Below, in pieces: positions 38,262 to 47,938 of a DNA stretch of 64,000 nt. Positions within the stretch are counted from its first letter, which is position 1. Every line of letters starts with the position of its first letter. A program made the translations under genes and the position numbers. The notes under the pieces are model-generated. The model was not told the origin of the DNA. It made no database searches and worked only from the letters and a program-made list of their open reading frames with translations. The stretch covers positions 3,581-67,580 of the forward strand of contig JBBQHI010000018.1 in NCBI GenBank assembly GCA_038323835.1. Reading direction: 5' to 3'. Origin of the DNA: Solirubrobacterales bacterium (lineage in GTDB: Bacteria; Actinomycetota; Thermoleophilia; Solirubrobacterales; Thermoleophilaceae).

Positions 38262-39418
38262 GCCGGCTTGGCCAGAGCCAGCTGCGCCACCGTGATGCGC
38301 CGCTCCCGGAAGCCGCCCTCGCAGTAGGCGAAGTACAGCTCCCACAGGCGCCGGAACGCGCGGTCGTACCCCAGCTCCGCGACCTGCTCCGATGCGGCGG
38401 TGAAGCTCTCGCGCCAGCGCCGCAGGGTCTCCGGGTAGTGCGCCGTGATGTCCTCCACCCCGGCCACCGTCATGTCGGTGACCCGGCGGGTGCAGTCCCT
38501 CACCGCTCGCATGGAGGGCAGGCAGCCGGAGGGGAAGATGAACTCGTTGATGAAGCTCCGGGTGGCCTTCTCCGCCTCGAAGGCCTCGTCGTCGATGAGG
38601 ATCGCCTGAAGCAGCATCAGGCCATCCGGCGCGAGGAGGTCGCTGCAGCGGCGGAAGAAGTCGTCGAAGTACTGCCACCCCACCGCCTCGATCATCTCCA
38701 CCGAGACCAGCTTGTCGTAGCGCCCGTGGAGATCGCGGTAGTCCTGGAAGAGCACCTCCACCCGGTCGGAGAGCCCCGCCTCGCGGACCCGCTCGACGGC
38801 GGTGTCGTGCTGCGACCGCGAGATCGTGGTGGTGGTCACGCGGCAGCCGTAGCGGCCGGCCGCGTGAATGGCGAAGGAGCCCCACCCGGAGCCGATCTCG
38901 AGCACGTGGTCCCCGGGACCGAGGTCGAGCTTGCGGCAGATCGCGTCGAGCTTGCGCTCCTGCGCCTCGGCCAGGCTCGTGCCGGGAGAGGCGAAGAGCG
39001 CGCACGAGTAGGTCATCGTGTTGTCGAGGAAGACCTCGAACAGGTCGTCGCCCAGGTCGTAGTGGGCGGCCACGTGCCTGCGCGCGCGCTCGCGAGTGTT
39101 CCGGGCCACCCGGGTGAAGGCTCGCTGGAACGGGTTCAGGGGGCGCCGCATGCGGTCGAGGCGCGGCATCTCCCGAGCGCCGATGCGCACCAGGCCGACC
39201 AGGTCGTCACATGTCCATTCGCCGTCCCGGTAGGAGCGGGCCAATCCCGCGCTCCCCCGGAAGAAGGCGGGCCAGAAGCGCGGCGAGTGCACCGTGATCG
39301 TCGCCCGCAGCGCGGAATCGGAAGGCCCGAAGAAGCGCCGGCGCCCGTTCTCCACCACCTCGAGCCGTCCGGACTCGATCCGCCCGAGGACGGCTGCCAT
39401 GACCCAGCGCGCGATCAA
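38150..39418 (-). CDS. cfa: cyclopropane-fatty-acyl-phospholipid synthase family methyltransferase
   Basis: ORF 38150..39418 has HYDLGDDLFEVFLD, VLEIGSGWG and EMIEAVG. Compared with my recollection of typical family ends, it has about 35 extra C-terminal residues. Confidence 0.9.
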   Translation of the reverse strand: MIARWVMAAVLGRIESGRLEVVENGRRRFFGPSDSALRATITVHSPRFWPAFFRGSAGLARSYRDGEWTCDDLVGLVRIGAREMPRLDRMRRPLNPFQRAFTRVARNTRERARRHVAAHYDLGDDLFEVFLDNTMTYSCALFASPGTSLAEAQERKLDAICRKLDLGPGDHVLEIGSGWGSFAIHAAGRYGCRVTTTTISRSQHDTAVERVREAGLSDRVEVLFQDYRDLHGRYDKLVSVEMIEAVGWQYFDDFFRRCSDLLAPDGLMLLQAILIDDEAFEAEKATRSFINEFIFPSGCLPSMRAVRDCTRRVTDMTVAGVEDITAHYPETLRRWRESFTAASEQVAELGYDRAFRRLWELYFAYCEGGFRERRITVAQLALAKPAYLRSLENARFDIASISAAGPREASFASASLPPGPST

Positions 39419-40128
39419 CGGGCCGGATGGGGGTGGTAGGGGGCGCCCTTCAGCTTCAGCCGGACGGCCTGGGCATAGATCCCGGCCACCACGCGCATCG
39501 ACTGAAGTGGGTAGCGGAACAGCGGCGCGGCGGACAGCTCGCGGCGCTCAAGGGAGAGGGTGGCGTCGAACTGGCGGCGCCCGCCGGTGGTGCTCTCCAC
39601 GTGCACCTGGATCCGGTCCCCGGGTGTGGTGGCGCGCAACTGGTAGTCGGCCTCCATGCCCAGGAAGGGCGACACGTGGAAGCTCTTGGCCACCTGGGCC
39701 CGGAGGCCGTCGAAGGCGTAGGTGTGGCGCTCGCCCCACGGTGTGTTGGTCACCTCGGCCGCCAACGCGCGCACCTCCTCGCCCCCGCGGTCGAAGCAGT
39801 AGTACAGGCTGATCGGGTTGAACACGTGCCCGAATGTCCGGACGCTGGTGAGCAGCCGGACGGGGCCGTCCGGGCGCTCGCCCGTGCGCTCCTCCACCGC
39901 GTCCAGCACCGCCCGCTTCAGCGGCACGGCCGGGTCGCCGAGGAAGTCGCCGCGCCTGAACCACGCGGGCGCGGGACCCCGAGCCGACCACAGCGGAACG
40001 CGATCGAGCACCTGCGGCAGCTCGTCCAGGTCCAGGTAGCTCAGGAAGATGCGATAGCTGAAAGCGTGCTCGACCGGCATGTGGCGGCGGTGCCGGATGA
40101 AGCCCTCGTAGACGGCGCTGGCGCTCAC
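39415..40128 (-). CDS. DUF1365 domain-containing protein
   Basis: GTG 40128 overlaps the upstream stop (GTGA). YEGFIRHRRHMPVEHAFSYRIF is the DUF1365 signature. Confidence 0.85.
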   Translation of the reverse strand: MSASAVYEGFIRHRRHMPVEHAFSYRIFLSYLDLDELPQVLDRVPLWSARGPAPAWFRRGDFLGDPAVPLKRAVLDAVEERTGERPDGPVRLLTSVRTFGHVFNPISLYYCFDRGGEEVRALAAEVTNTPWGERHTYAFDGLRAQVAKSFHVSPFLGMEADYQLRATTPGDRIQVHVESTTGGRRQFDATLSLERRELSAAPLFRYPLQSMRVVAGIYAQAVRLKLKGAPYHPHPAR

Positions 40129-41372
40129 GCCAGGGACCTCCCGAAGCGCTCGCACACGCGCAGCGCGGACACCACCCCGTCCTCGTGGAAGCCGTACCCC
40201 CAGTAGGCGCCGCAGTAGTGGGTGCGGTTCAGCCCGCTCACCTCGGGCCAGCGCGACTGGGCGCTGAGCCCCGCGGACGTGTAGACGGGATGGTCGTAGC
40301 GGATGCGCCGGATCACCGACTCGGGATCCATGGCGTCGTGACGGTTCAGGGTCACGCAGAACTCGCGGTCGGCGTTGAGCGACTGCAGGCGATTCATGTG
40401 GTAGGTCACCGTCGTACGGCCCACGGGCTCGTCCTGGAGGTGATAGTTCCAGCTCGCCCACGCCCGCCGGCGCCGGGGCAGGAGCGAGCGGTCGGTGTGC
40501 AGGACCACGTCGTTGGGCTGGTAGGGGATGGACCCGAGCACCTCACGCTCGGCCAGGCTCGCGTCGCCGAGCATGGCCAGGGCCTGATCGGAGTGGGTGG
40601 CCAGGATCACCTCGTCGAACAGCTCGGGCTCGCCGCCCTCGGGGACGATCTTCACGCCGTTCGCGAGCCGCTCGATCCGCCGCACCGGAGTGGACAGCCT
40701 CACGGCGTGGCCGAAGTCGTGCAGCAGGCGCTCCACGTAGCGGGCAGAGCCACCGACGACGGTGCGCCACTGTGGCCTGCCACTGATGCCGAACATGCCG
40801 TGTTTGTCGAAGAACTCAGCCAGGAGGCTCGCCGGAAAGTCCCACATGGAGGCGGGGCTCGCCGACCACACGGCCGAGGCCTGGGGCACGATCAGGTGCT
40901 CCACGAAGCGCGGCGAGTAGCCGCCCTCGTGGAGGTACTGGCCCAGGCTCGGACCGCTCCCGTTCAGTCCCACGAGCGCGGGCGCCTCGCGATTGAAGCG
41001 CAGGAGGTCACGCACCATCCGGTGGAACGAAGGGCTGACGAGGTTCGCCCGGTTCGCGAACAGCCCGTTCGCGGAAGCGCCGTTGTACTCCATGCCGCCG
41101 TGGCCGTCGCTCACGGAGAAGCTCATCTCGGACGGCTGGGTGTCCACCCCGATCTCCCTGAGCAGACGCAAAAACTGCGGATAGTTGCGGTCGTTGTGCA
41201 CGATGAAGCCGGTGTCCACGTGGTGCGTCTCGTGCTCGGTGTCCACGCGCACCGTGTTCGTGTGCCCGCCCGCGTAGTCGTTCGCCTCGAACACGGTCAG
41301 GTCGTGCTCCTCGTGCAGCAGGTGCGCGCACACGAGGCCGGAGATGCCGGCCCCCACCACCGCGATCCTCAC
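40125..41372 (-). CDS. FAD-dependent oxidoreductase (amine-oxidase-like) of the cfa cluster
   Basis: GTG 41372 (VRIAVVGAGISGL) overlaps the upstream stop (GTGA). Confidence 0.85.
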   Translation of the reverse strand: MRIAVVGAGISGLVCAHLLHEEHDLTVFEANDYAGGHTNTVRVDTEHETHHVDTGFIVHNDRNYPQFLRLLREIGVDTQPSEMSFSVSDGHGGMEYNGASANGLFANRANLVSPSFHRMVRDLLRFNREAPALVGLNGSGPSLGQYLHEGGYSPRFVEHLIVPQASAVWSASPASMWDFPASLLAEFFDKHGMFGISGRPQWRTVVGGSARYVERLLHDFGHAVRLSTPVRRIERLANGVKIVPEGGEPELFDEVILATHSDQALAMLGDASLAEREVLGSIPYQPNDVVLHTDRSLLPRRRRAWASWNYHLQDEPVGRTTVTYHMNRLQSLNADREFCVTLNRHDAMDPESVIRRIRYDHPVYTSAGLSAQSRWPEVSGLNRTHYCGAYWGYGFHEDGVVSALRVCERFGRSLA

Positions 41373-41743
41373 GATGCCGTGCCCGCCGCCAACGCCGCCG
41401 ATGCGGCGGCCGAGGCGCCCCCGAGCGCCACCGTGCCGAGCCGGGCGCGGCGGGGAAGCGCGTCCCCGACCGCGAGCGTCGCGCCGATGTCGGTGAGATC
41501 GCAGCCGAGCGACCCGAGCAGCCAAGGCCGCAGGGGAGCGTCGTTCACCGCGGCCAGGATCGTGCCCGCGGCCAGCGCCACGTCGCGTGCGCCGAGGCCG
41601 CGGATCACGATGTGCACGGGTGCGCGCTCGGCATCCGGCCCGAGCCAGCTGGTGCCCATGCGCGACGGAAGGACGATCAGGCCGAGCCCGAAGAGTCCTC
41701 GGGCCGCGGCGAAGGCCACGGACAACTTGCGCGTAGAGGTCAT
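41369..41743 (-). CDS. hypothetical small hydrophobic protein, first gene of the cfa cluster
   Basis: ORF 41369..41743 is coupled to the next gene by a 4-nt overlap. I recognise no motif. Confidence 0.55.
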   Translation of the reverse strand: MTSTRKLSVAFAAARGLFGLGLIVLPSRMGTSWLGPDAERAPVHIVIRGLGARDVALAAGTILAAVNDAPLRPWLLGSLGCDLTDIGATLAVGDALPRRARLGTVALGGASAAASAALAAGTAS

Positions 41744-41822
41744 CGAGGACTGTTACGCAACACACGCCCCTGACGATCAGTCGGATAGAGTCGCGCGGCC
41801 TTTCCGCGAGCTAGGAGATCGA

Positions 41823-42212
41823 GTGGATCACAACCGACTGAAGTCGATTCCATTGTTCCAGACGGTCCCGGACGAAGAGCTCCGGCAGCTGGCTCCGTTC
41901 GCCAACGAGGCGAGCGTTGAAGAGGGGCGCGAGCTGGTCCGCGAGGGTGACTTCTCGTACGAGCTCTGGGCCATCGAGGAGGGTGAGGCCGAGGTGCTTC
42001 GCGACGGCGAGCATCTGGCCGATCTCGGCCCCGGCGACTTCTTCGGCGAGATCGGCCTGCTGGAGAAGGACCTGCGCACCGCCACGGTGGTGGCCCGGAC
42101 CCCGATGCGGCTGATCACCCTCACCGGGTGGGACCTGAAGCGGATGGAGCGCACGATGCCCGAGGCCGTGGCACGCGTGCGCAAGGTGCTGGAAGAGCGC
42201 CGGGAGCGCTAG
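41823..42212 (+). CDS. stand-alone cyclic-nucleotide-binding domain protein
   Basis: GTG 41823 follows AGGAG by 5 nt. GDFFGEIGLL...RTATVVA is the cNMP-binding cassette. Confidence 0.8.
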   Translation: MDHNRLKSIPLFQTVPDEELRQLAPFANEASVEEGRELVREGDFSYELWAIEEGEAEVLRDGEHLADLGPGDFFGEIGLLEKDLRTATVVARTPMRLITLTGWDLKRMERTMPEAVARVRKVLEERRER

Positions 42213-42214
42213 AC

Positions 42215-43372
42215 GTGCCCGGCCGAATCGTCCTGTTCGGCGCCACCGGCTACACCGGGCGCCTCACCGCGGAGGCCATGCTGGAGCGGGGCATGCGCCC
42301 GGTGCTGGCGGCGCGCAGTGCGCGCAGGCTGGAGGAGCTGGCGGCCGCGCTGGGCGGCGGGCTCGAGACCCGGACGGCGGACGTGTCGGACCCGCCCAGC
42401 GTGCGGGCGCTGCTGGAGAAGGGCGACGTTCTGGTGAGCACCGTCGGCCCGTTCGTGCGCTTCGGCGGCCCCGCTGCGGCGGCCGCGTCCTCGGCCGGAG
42501 CTCACTACCTCGACTCCACCGGCGAGCCGCCCTTCATCCGGGAGGTGTTCGAGCGCTACGGGGCGGCCGCCGCTCAGCACGATGCCGGCATGCTCACCGC
42601 CTTTGGCTACGACTGGGTTCCGGGCAACCTGGCCGGCGCGCTCGCGCTCGATCGCGCGGGCGCCGCGGCGGTGCGGGTGGACACCGGCTACTTCTTCTCG
42701 GGGCAGGCGTCGTCGGATTCGATGAGCGGGGGCACCCGGGCGTCGCTGGCCGGGGTGGCCACGGCCCCCTCCTTCGCCTACCGCGACGGGCGCATCCAGC
42801 AGGAGCGGGGCGCCAAGCGCATCCGCAGCTTCCGTCTCGGCACGAAGGAGCGCAGGGCCGTGAGCGTCGGCTCCTCGGAGCACTACGCGCTCCCGCGGGT
42901 GGCACCGCAGCTTCGCGAGGTGAACAGCTACCTCGGCTGGTTCGGGCCGGCGTCGCGGGCCATGCAGGCATTCTCCGCGGGCACGGCCGTAGGCATGAAG
43001 GTGCCCGGCGCCTCGAAGCTCTGGGATGCCGCGACCGGCAGGTTCCTGAAGGGCTCCACCGGCGGTCCCGACGCGGAGGCCCGCTCCAAGGGCGGATCGC
43101 ACATCGTGGCCATCGCCTACGACGCGGGCGGCCGGCAGCTGTCCGAGGTCCACGTCGAGGGAGTGGACGGGTACACCTTCACCGGCCGCATCCTGGCCTG
43201 GGGGGCGGAGCAGGCCGCCGCCGGCGGGCTCCGGGGCACGGGTGCCATGGGCCCGGCGGACGCCTACGGGCTCGAGGCGCTGGTGGACGGATGCCGCCAG
43301 GCGGGCATCGCCGAGAAGGGCGACTCCGCAGCCGCACGAGCGCCCGCACCGCATCACGCCGCCACCGGCTGA
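42215..43372 (+). CDS. saccharopine dehydrogenase NADP-binding domain protein
   Basis: GTG 42215 (VPGRIVLFGATGYTGR). Confidence 0.8.
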   Translation: MPGRIVLFGATGYTGRLTAEAMLERGMRPVLAARSARRLEELAAALGGGLETRTADVSDPPSVRALLEKGDVLVSTVGPFVRFGGPAAAAASSAGAHYLDSTGEPPFIREVFERYGAAAAQHDAGMLTAFGYDWVPGNLAGALALDRAGAAAVRVDTGYFFSGQASSDSMSGGTRASLAGVATAPSFAYRDGRIQQERGAKRIRSFRLGTKERRAVSVGSSEHYALPRVAPQLREVNSYLGWFGPASRAMQAFSAGTAVGMKVPGASKLWDAATGRFLKGSTGGPDAEARSKGGSHIVAIAYDAGGRQLSEVHVEGVDGYTFTGRILAWGAEQAAAGGLRGTGAMGPADAYGLEALVDGCRQAGIAEKGDSAAARAPAPHHAATG

Positions 43373-44501
43373 GACCGTCGCCGCCCGCCGGCGCCTGGTC
43401 GCCGTAGGGGTTGCCGCCGCCGCGGCGCTCCTCGCGGGGATCGTGGTGGGCGCAAACTCGGACGACGATGCGCCGGGGCCCAGCGTCACACCGGCCCATG
43501 CCGAGAGGGAGGCGCGCTCGCTCAGCCTCCGCCGGCAGGTGGGACAGGTCCTGGTGTCGAGCTTCGATGGCACGTCCGTGCCCGCGTACCTGCGCAGGCG
43601 ACTGCACGCGGGCGAGACCGCCGGGGTGATCGCATTCGGGCGCAACGCCACCACGCCGGAGGGGTGGCGAAGCCTCTCTCGAACGCTGCAGCGGGCGGCC
43701 TCGGGCTCCGCGCTCGTGGCCGTTGATCAGGAGGGCGGCGCGGTGCGCACGCTCCCGTTCGCGCCGCCCACCGCCGGCGAGCCCTCGCAGGGTGGTCCCG
43801 CAGAGGTCCGGCGCTCGGCCCTGCTCGGGGGCCGGCGCCTGCGCTCGCTCGGGGTGAACCTGAACCTCGCCCCGGTGGCCGACGTGGCCGCGGGCCCGGG
43901 CTCGGTCATGGCCGCCCGAGCGTTCGCCGGTGGCCCGGACGAGGTGGCGGCGCGCACGCGCGCCGCCGTGCGCGGGCTGTCCGCGGCACGGGTGGGCGCG
44001 ACCGCGAAGCACTTTCCCGGCCTCGGGGCGGCCGGGGTGAACACCGACGACGGGCCGGCCACGGTGGCGCTGGCGCGCACGGCGCTCCTCGCCCGCGACA
44101 TCCCGCCGTTTCGCGCGGCCGTGGACGCCGGCGTACCGGCCGTGATGCTCTCCCACGCCCTCTACCCCGCGCTCGACCCGCGGCGGATCGCCTCCCAGTC
44201 AACCGTGGTCACCGGCCTGCTGCGGCGCCGGCTCGGGTTTCAGGGCGTGATCGTCACCGACAGCCTCGAGGCCGGAGCGGTGCTGCGGCGCTCGGGCGTG
44301 GGCGCGGCGGCGGAGCGCTCGCTGGCTGCGGGATGCGACCTGATCCTCATGACCGGCTCGGCGAGCTGGAACGCCGTGTTCCCCCGTCTGCTCGCCCGGG
44401 CGCGCCGCTCGCCCGCCTTCCGCCAGCGGGTGCGCCGCTCGGCGGCACGGGTGCTGGCGCTCAAACGGGTGCTGGGCCTGCGCTCGCCGCGCCCGCGTTA
44501 G
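43242..44501 (+). CDS. glycoside hydrolase family 3 N-terminal domain protein (NagZ-like beta-N-acetylhexosaminidase), membrane anchored
   Basis: VAVDQEGG and KHFPGLG motifs are present. GTG 43242 is the only start candidate before the TM helix, and it overlaps the upstream gene by 131 nt, so the start is uncertain. Confidence 0.75.
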   Translation: MPWARRTPTGSRRWWTDAARRASPRRATPQPHERPHRITPPPAETVAARRRLVAVGVAAAAALLAGIVVGANSDDDAPGPSVTPAHAEREARSLSLRRQVGQVLVSSFDGTSVPAYLRRRLHAGETAGVIAFGRNATTPEGWRSLSRTLQRAASGSALVAVDQEGGAVRTLPFAPPTAGEPSQGGPAEVRRSALLGGRRLRSLGVNLNLAPVADVAAGPGSVMAARAFAGGPDEVAARTRAAVRGLSAARVGATAKHFPGLGAAGVNTDDGPATVALARTALLARDIPPFRAAVDAGVPAVMLSHALYPALDPRRIASQSTVVTGLLRRRLGFQGVIVTDSLEAGAVLRRSGVGAAAERSLAAGCDLILMTGSASWNAVFPRLLARARRSPAFRQRVRRSAARVLALKRVLGLRSPRPR

Positions 44502-46578
44502 CGAGGGTGCGCTCCATCAACTCCCGCTGCACCGACCTCGTGCCGCCCGTGCGCCGCCGCCACGTGCCCGACTCGAGCAGCTCCCAGGCAAAGGTGTCGT
44601 CACCCAGGCAGCGCTCCAGGGTGTCCGCGATCTCTTCCTTCAGCGCGGGCTCCTCCACCGGAGCCAGCAGCTCCACGCGGGTGTCGAGATTGCGCGGCAT
44701 CAGGTCACCCGAGCCGATCCAGTAGCGGCGCTCGTCGCCGCGCTCGAAGCCGTACACGCGCGAGTGCTCGAGGAAGCGGCCCACCACGGACGTCACGCGG
44801 ATGTTGTCCGACACGCCGGGCACGCCCGGACGGAGGCAGCAGATGCCGCGAACGTTGAGTTCCACCGGCACACCCGCCTGGGAGGCCACGTAGAGCGCGC
44901 GGATGCTCTGCGGGTCCACCAGGGAGTTCATCTTCAGGACGATCCGCGCGTCGTGGCCGGCGAGCCGGGCCTCGATCGTCCGGCGCACCTCCTCAAGGAA
45001 CCAGTTGCGCATGTGGTCCGGGGCCACAATCGCCTTGCGGTAGGTGGGTGACCGGGCCGCGCCGGTGAGCGCGTTGAAGAGCTCGCCCACGTCCGCGGCC
45101 AGCTCCTGGTCCGTGGTGAACAGGCCGAAGTCCTCGTAGAGCCGCGCCGTCTTCGCGTGGTAGTTGCCGGTTCCGATGTGCACGTAGTGGCGCACACCCC
45201 GGCCCTCGCGCCGCACCACGAGCAGAGCCTTCGTGTGCGTCTTCAGCCCCGGCAGCCCGTGCACCACATGCGCCCCGGCCTCCTCCAGGGAGCGGGCCCA
45301 GGTGATGTTGCGCCGCTCGTCGAAGCGCGCCTTCAGCTCCACCAGGCACACCGCCTGCTTGCCGCGCTCGGCCGCCTCGATGAGCGAAGGCACCAGCCCC
45401 GAGTCATCCGAGGTCCGGTACACGGTCATCTTCACCGCGAGCACGTCGGGGTCGGCCACGGCCTGCTGCACGAAGCGCTCCACGCTGTTGGTGAACGACT
45501 GGTACGGGTGGTGCACGAGGATGTCCCGCTCGCGCATCGCGGCCATCATGTCCACCGGGCCGTCGTCGGGGTCCTTTGGCTCGGGGAAGGTCATGGGGTG
45601 CCAGGGGGCCTCGCGGAGGTCACGGTGCCCGTCCACGTCGTTCAGGGCCCACAGGTCCTCGAGGTCGAGCATCCCGTCCACGTCCACGACCTGCGACTCG
45701 TCGAGCGCAAGCTGCTCGACGAGGTAATCGCGCATGCTCGGGTCCATGTCGTGTGACACCTCGAGCCGCACGGCCTCGCCGAAGCGCCTCCGCCGCAGCT
45801 CGTCCTCCACGGCACGGAGGAGGTCGTCCGCCTCGTCCGAGACGGTGAAGTCGGCGTCCCGCGTGACCCGGAAGAAGGCGTGGCGCATGATCTTCATGCC
45901 GGGGAAGAGCTCCTCGAGGTTCCGCGCGATCACTCGCTCGAGCGGCACGAACACCTGCGGGCGCACCTCCAGCAGGCGGGGGAGCACCTCCTTCGGCACC
46001 TTCACGCGCGCGAACATCACCCCGCCCCCCACCGGGTCCTTCAGCCAGACCGCGATCGAGAGCGAGAGGTTCGAGATGTAGGGAAAGGGCCGGCCCGGGC
46101 CCACGGCCAGCGGCGTGAGCACGGGGAAGATCTGCTCCTCGAACATCCGGTCCATCTCTGCCAGCTCGTCGGCGTCGAGGTCAGTGGGGTCCACCACCCG
46201 GATGCCGTGCTCGGCGAGCGCGGGGCGCACAAAGTCCTCCCACTGGCGGGCATGCCTCCTGTTGAGGTCACGCGAGCGCTCGGTGACCTGCTCGAGCGTC
46301 TCCGCCGGCGACAGCCCGTCCGCCTTGCGCGCGTCGATGCCGGCGTCCACCTGGTCGTTCAGGCCCGCCACCCGCACCATCCAGAACTCGTCGGCGTTGG
46401 AGGCGTAGATGGCCAGGAACTTCACCCGCTCGAGGAGCGGCGTCCGCGGGTTCTCTGCCAGCTCCAGCACGCGCTCGTTGAACTGGAGCCACGACAGCTC
46501 GCGGTTGAAGTAGAGCTCGCTGGCGTCCAGATCCGGCGTCGCGATGCTCGCGTCCACGGTGTTCACACCCTGTTCCAT
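44461..46578 (-). CDS. ppk1: polyphosphate kinase 1
   Basis: ORF 44461..46578 (705 aa). YFNRELSWLQFNERVL...KFLAIYASNADEFWMVRV is the canonical PPK1 N-terminus. Confidence 0.95.
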   Translation of the reverse strand: MEQGVNTVDASIATPDLDASELYFNRELSWLQFNERVLELAENPRTPLLERVKFLAIYASNADEFWMVRVAGLNDQVDAGIDARKADGLSPAETLEQVTERSRDLNRRHARQWEDFVRPALAEHGIRVVDPTDLDADELAEMDRMFEEQIFPVLTPLAVGPGRPFPYISNLSLSIAVWLKDPVGGGVMFARVKVPKEVLPRLLEVRPQVFVPLERVIARNLEELFPGMKIMRHAFFRVTRDADFTVSDEADDLLRAVEDELRRRRFGEAVRLEVSHDMDPSMRDYLVEQLALDESQVVDVDGMLDLEDLWALNDVDGHRDLREAPWHPMTFPEPKDPDDGPVDMMAAMRERDILVHHPYQSFTNSVERFVQQAVADPDVLAVKMTVYRTSDDSGLVPSLIEAAERGKQAVCLVELKARFDERRNITWARSLEEAGAHVVHGLPGLKTHTKALLVVRREGRGVRHYVHIGTGNYHAKTARLYEDFGLFTTDQELAADVGELFNALTGAARSPTYRKAIVAPDHMRNWFLEEVRRTIEARLAGHDARIVLKMNSLVDPQSIRALYVASQAGVPVELNVRGICCLRPGVPGVSDNIRVTSVVGRFLEHSRVYGFERGDERRYWIGSGDLMPRNLDTRVELLAPVEEPALKEEIADTLERCLGDDTFAWELLESGTWRRRTGGTRSVQRELMERTLANAGAASAGPAPV

Positions 46579-46601
46579 CTCAGCGATTATGGTCTCCGTG
46601 C

Positions 46602-47054
46602 ATGCTCTGGTTGTTGCGCCATGGTGAGGCGGCCGACGGCTCGCCCGACGCGGACCGCCCCCTTACCGAGTTGGGTCGGGAACAGTCTCGTGCAGCGGGA
46701 GTCGCCCTGCGAGCCCTTGGGGCGAACATCGACGCCTGCCTGACCAGCCCTAAGCTGCGGGCGGCGGATACCGCGAAGCTCGCCTGCGCCGAGCTCGACG
46801 GCGTGGAGTCGCAGGTGGAGCCAGGGCTCTCCGGAGGGCCGATCGATGTGGACGGAGTGACCGCGGGCCTCGGTGACGACGTGATGTTGGTGGGACACGA
46901 CCCAGACTTCTCGATGGCCATCCACCGCCTCACCGGCGCGCAGGTGAGGCTGAAGAAGGGCGGACTGGCCGGGATCGAGCGGGGAGAGCTCAAGGTGCTC
47001 CTCCGCCCGCGCGAGCTGACTCTGATGGCCGCGCGCGCGCGGCAGCGCGCCTAG
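46602..47054 (+). CDS. sixA: SixA-type phosphohistidine phosphatase (histidine phosphatase superfamily)
   Basis: The MLWLLRHGEA motif begins at ATG 46602. The product is 150 aa. Confidence 0.8.
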   Translation: MLWLLRHGEAADGSPDADRPLTELGREQSRAAGVALRALGANIDACLTSPKLRAADTAKLACAELDGVESQVEPGLSGGPIDVDGVTAGLGDDVMLVGHDPDFSMAIHRLTGAQVRLKKGGLAGIERGELKVLLRPRELTLMAARARQRA

Positions 47055-47938
47055 GCAAGGCGCCGCCCCTCCACCAGCTCGAGCAGCACGCCCTCGCGGA
47101 GGCCGCCGCGCGCGATCCGGAGAGGCAGCTCGAGCAGGTCGGAAACCGCCTCGAGCACGAGGATCCCCGCCGGCAGCAGGCGGACGCGCTCGGGGTCCAG
47201 CTCAAAGCGCTCGGCCACCTCGTCGATGGGCGTCGTGGAGAGCACGCGGATCCCCCGCTCCAGCGTCTCGTGCGAGAGCTCGGCGCCCAGCAGCCGCCGC
47301 AGCGAGGTGGCGGTCCCCCCAACGGCCACCGCGCTGTCGGCGGGGGGCGGGTCCAGTCCTTCCAGGCAGCCGGCCACGTGATCGCGCACCTTCTGGAGCT
47401 CCTTCACCGAGGGAGGGTCGGCGCGCAGGTACGAGTCGGCCAGGAACCCGGAGCCGATCCGGAAGGAGGCCGACCAGGCCATCCGTCCGTCCGCCTCGCC
47501 CACCGCGATCTCACTCGATCCTCCCCCCACGTCCACCACCGCGATCGTGCCGGGTGGGGTCTGCACGAGAGTGCGAGTGGCTCCGACAAAGGCCAGGCGC
47601 GCCTCCTCCTCGCCCGAGAGCACCTCCAGCTCCACCGATCCGGCCTCGGCCACGGCGCTGCGCAGCTCCTCGCGGTTGGGGGCCTGCCGGATGGCGGCGG
47701 TGGCCACTGCCACGAGGCGCTCCGCCCCCACCTCGCGGGCCACGGTGGCCTGCGTCCTCACCACCTCGGCCGTCTCGGCGATCTTCTTCGTGGGGATGGT
47801 CCCGTCACCCCGGCGGAGGCTCTTCCCGATCCGGGTGAACGCCCGCTGGTTCACCAGTTCCTTGAGTGACCCGCTCGTCGCATCGGCCACCAGCAGCCTC
47901 GTCGTGTTGCTGCCGATGTCGATGCAGGCGCAGATCAA
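47051..47938 (-). CDS. ppx: Ppx/GppA family exopolyphosphatase
   Basis: TTG 47938 overlaps the phoU stop (TTGA). The product contains CIDIGSNTTRLLV and VVDVGGGSSE. Confidence 0.85.
   Translation of the reverse strand: MICACIDIGSNTTRLLVADATSGSLKELVNQRAFTRIGKSLRRGDGTIPTKKIAETAEVVRTQATVAREVGAERLVAVATAAIRQAPNREELRSAVAEAGSVELEVLSGEEEARLAFVGATRTLVQTPPGTIAVVDVGGGSSEIAVGEADGRMAWSASFRIGSGFLADSYLRADPPSVKELQKVRDHVAGCLEGLDPPPADSAVAVGGTATSLRRLLGAELSHETLERGIRVLSTTPIDEVAERFELDPERVRLLPAGILVLEAVSDLLELPLRIARGGLREGVLLELVEGRRLA

Noticed and set aside
36818-39439. 873-aa plus-strand ORF, with the companion long ORFs 36010..37431 (-) and 38127..39005 (-)
   Set aside because: They overlap the well-supported M28, SDR and cfa genes in other frames or on the other strand. 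Their translations are Arg/Pro/Gly-rich.
40185-41822. First 546 codons of ORF 40185..42212
   Set aside because: This part is antisense to the FAD-oxidoreductase gene. Only the final 129 codons, from GTG 41823 with an AGGAG upstream, form a recognisable cNMP-binding domain.
42209-43654. 481-aa minus-strand ORF
   Set aside because: It is antisense to the saccharopine-dehydrogenase-like and GH3 genes and has no motifs.
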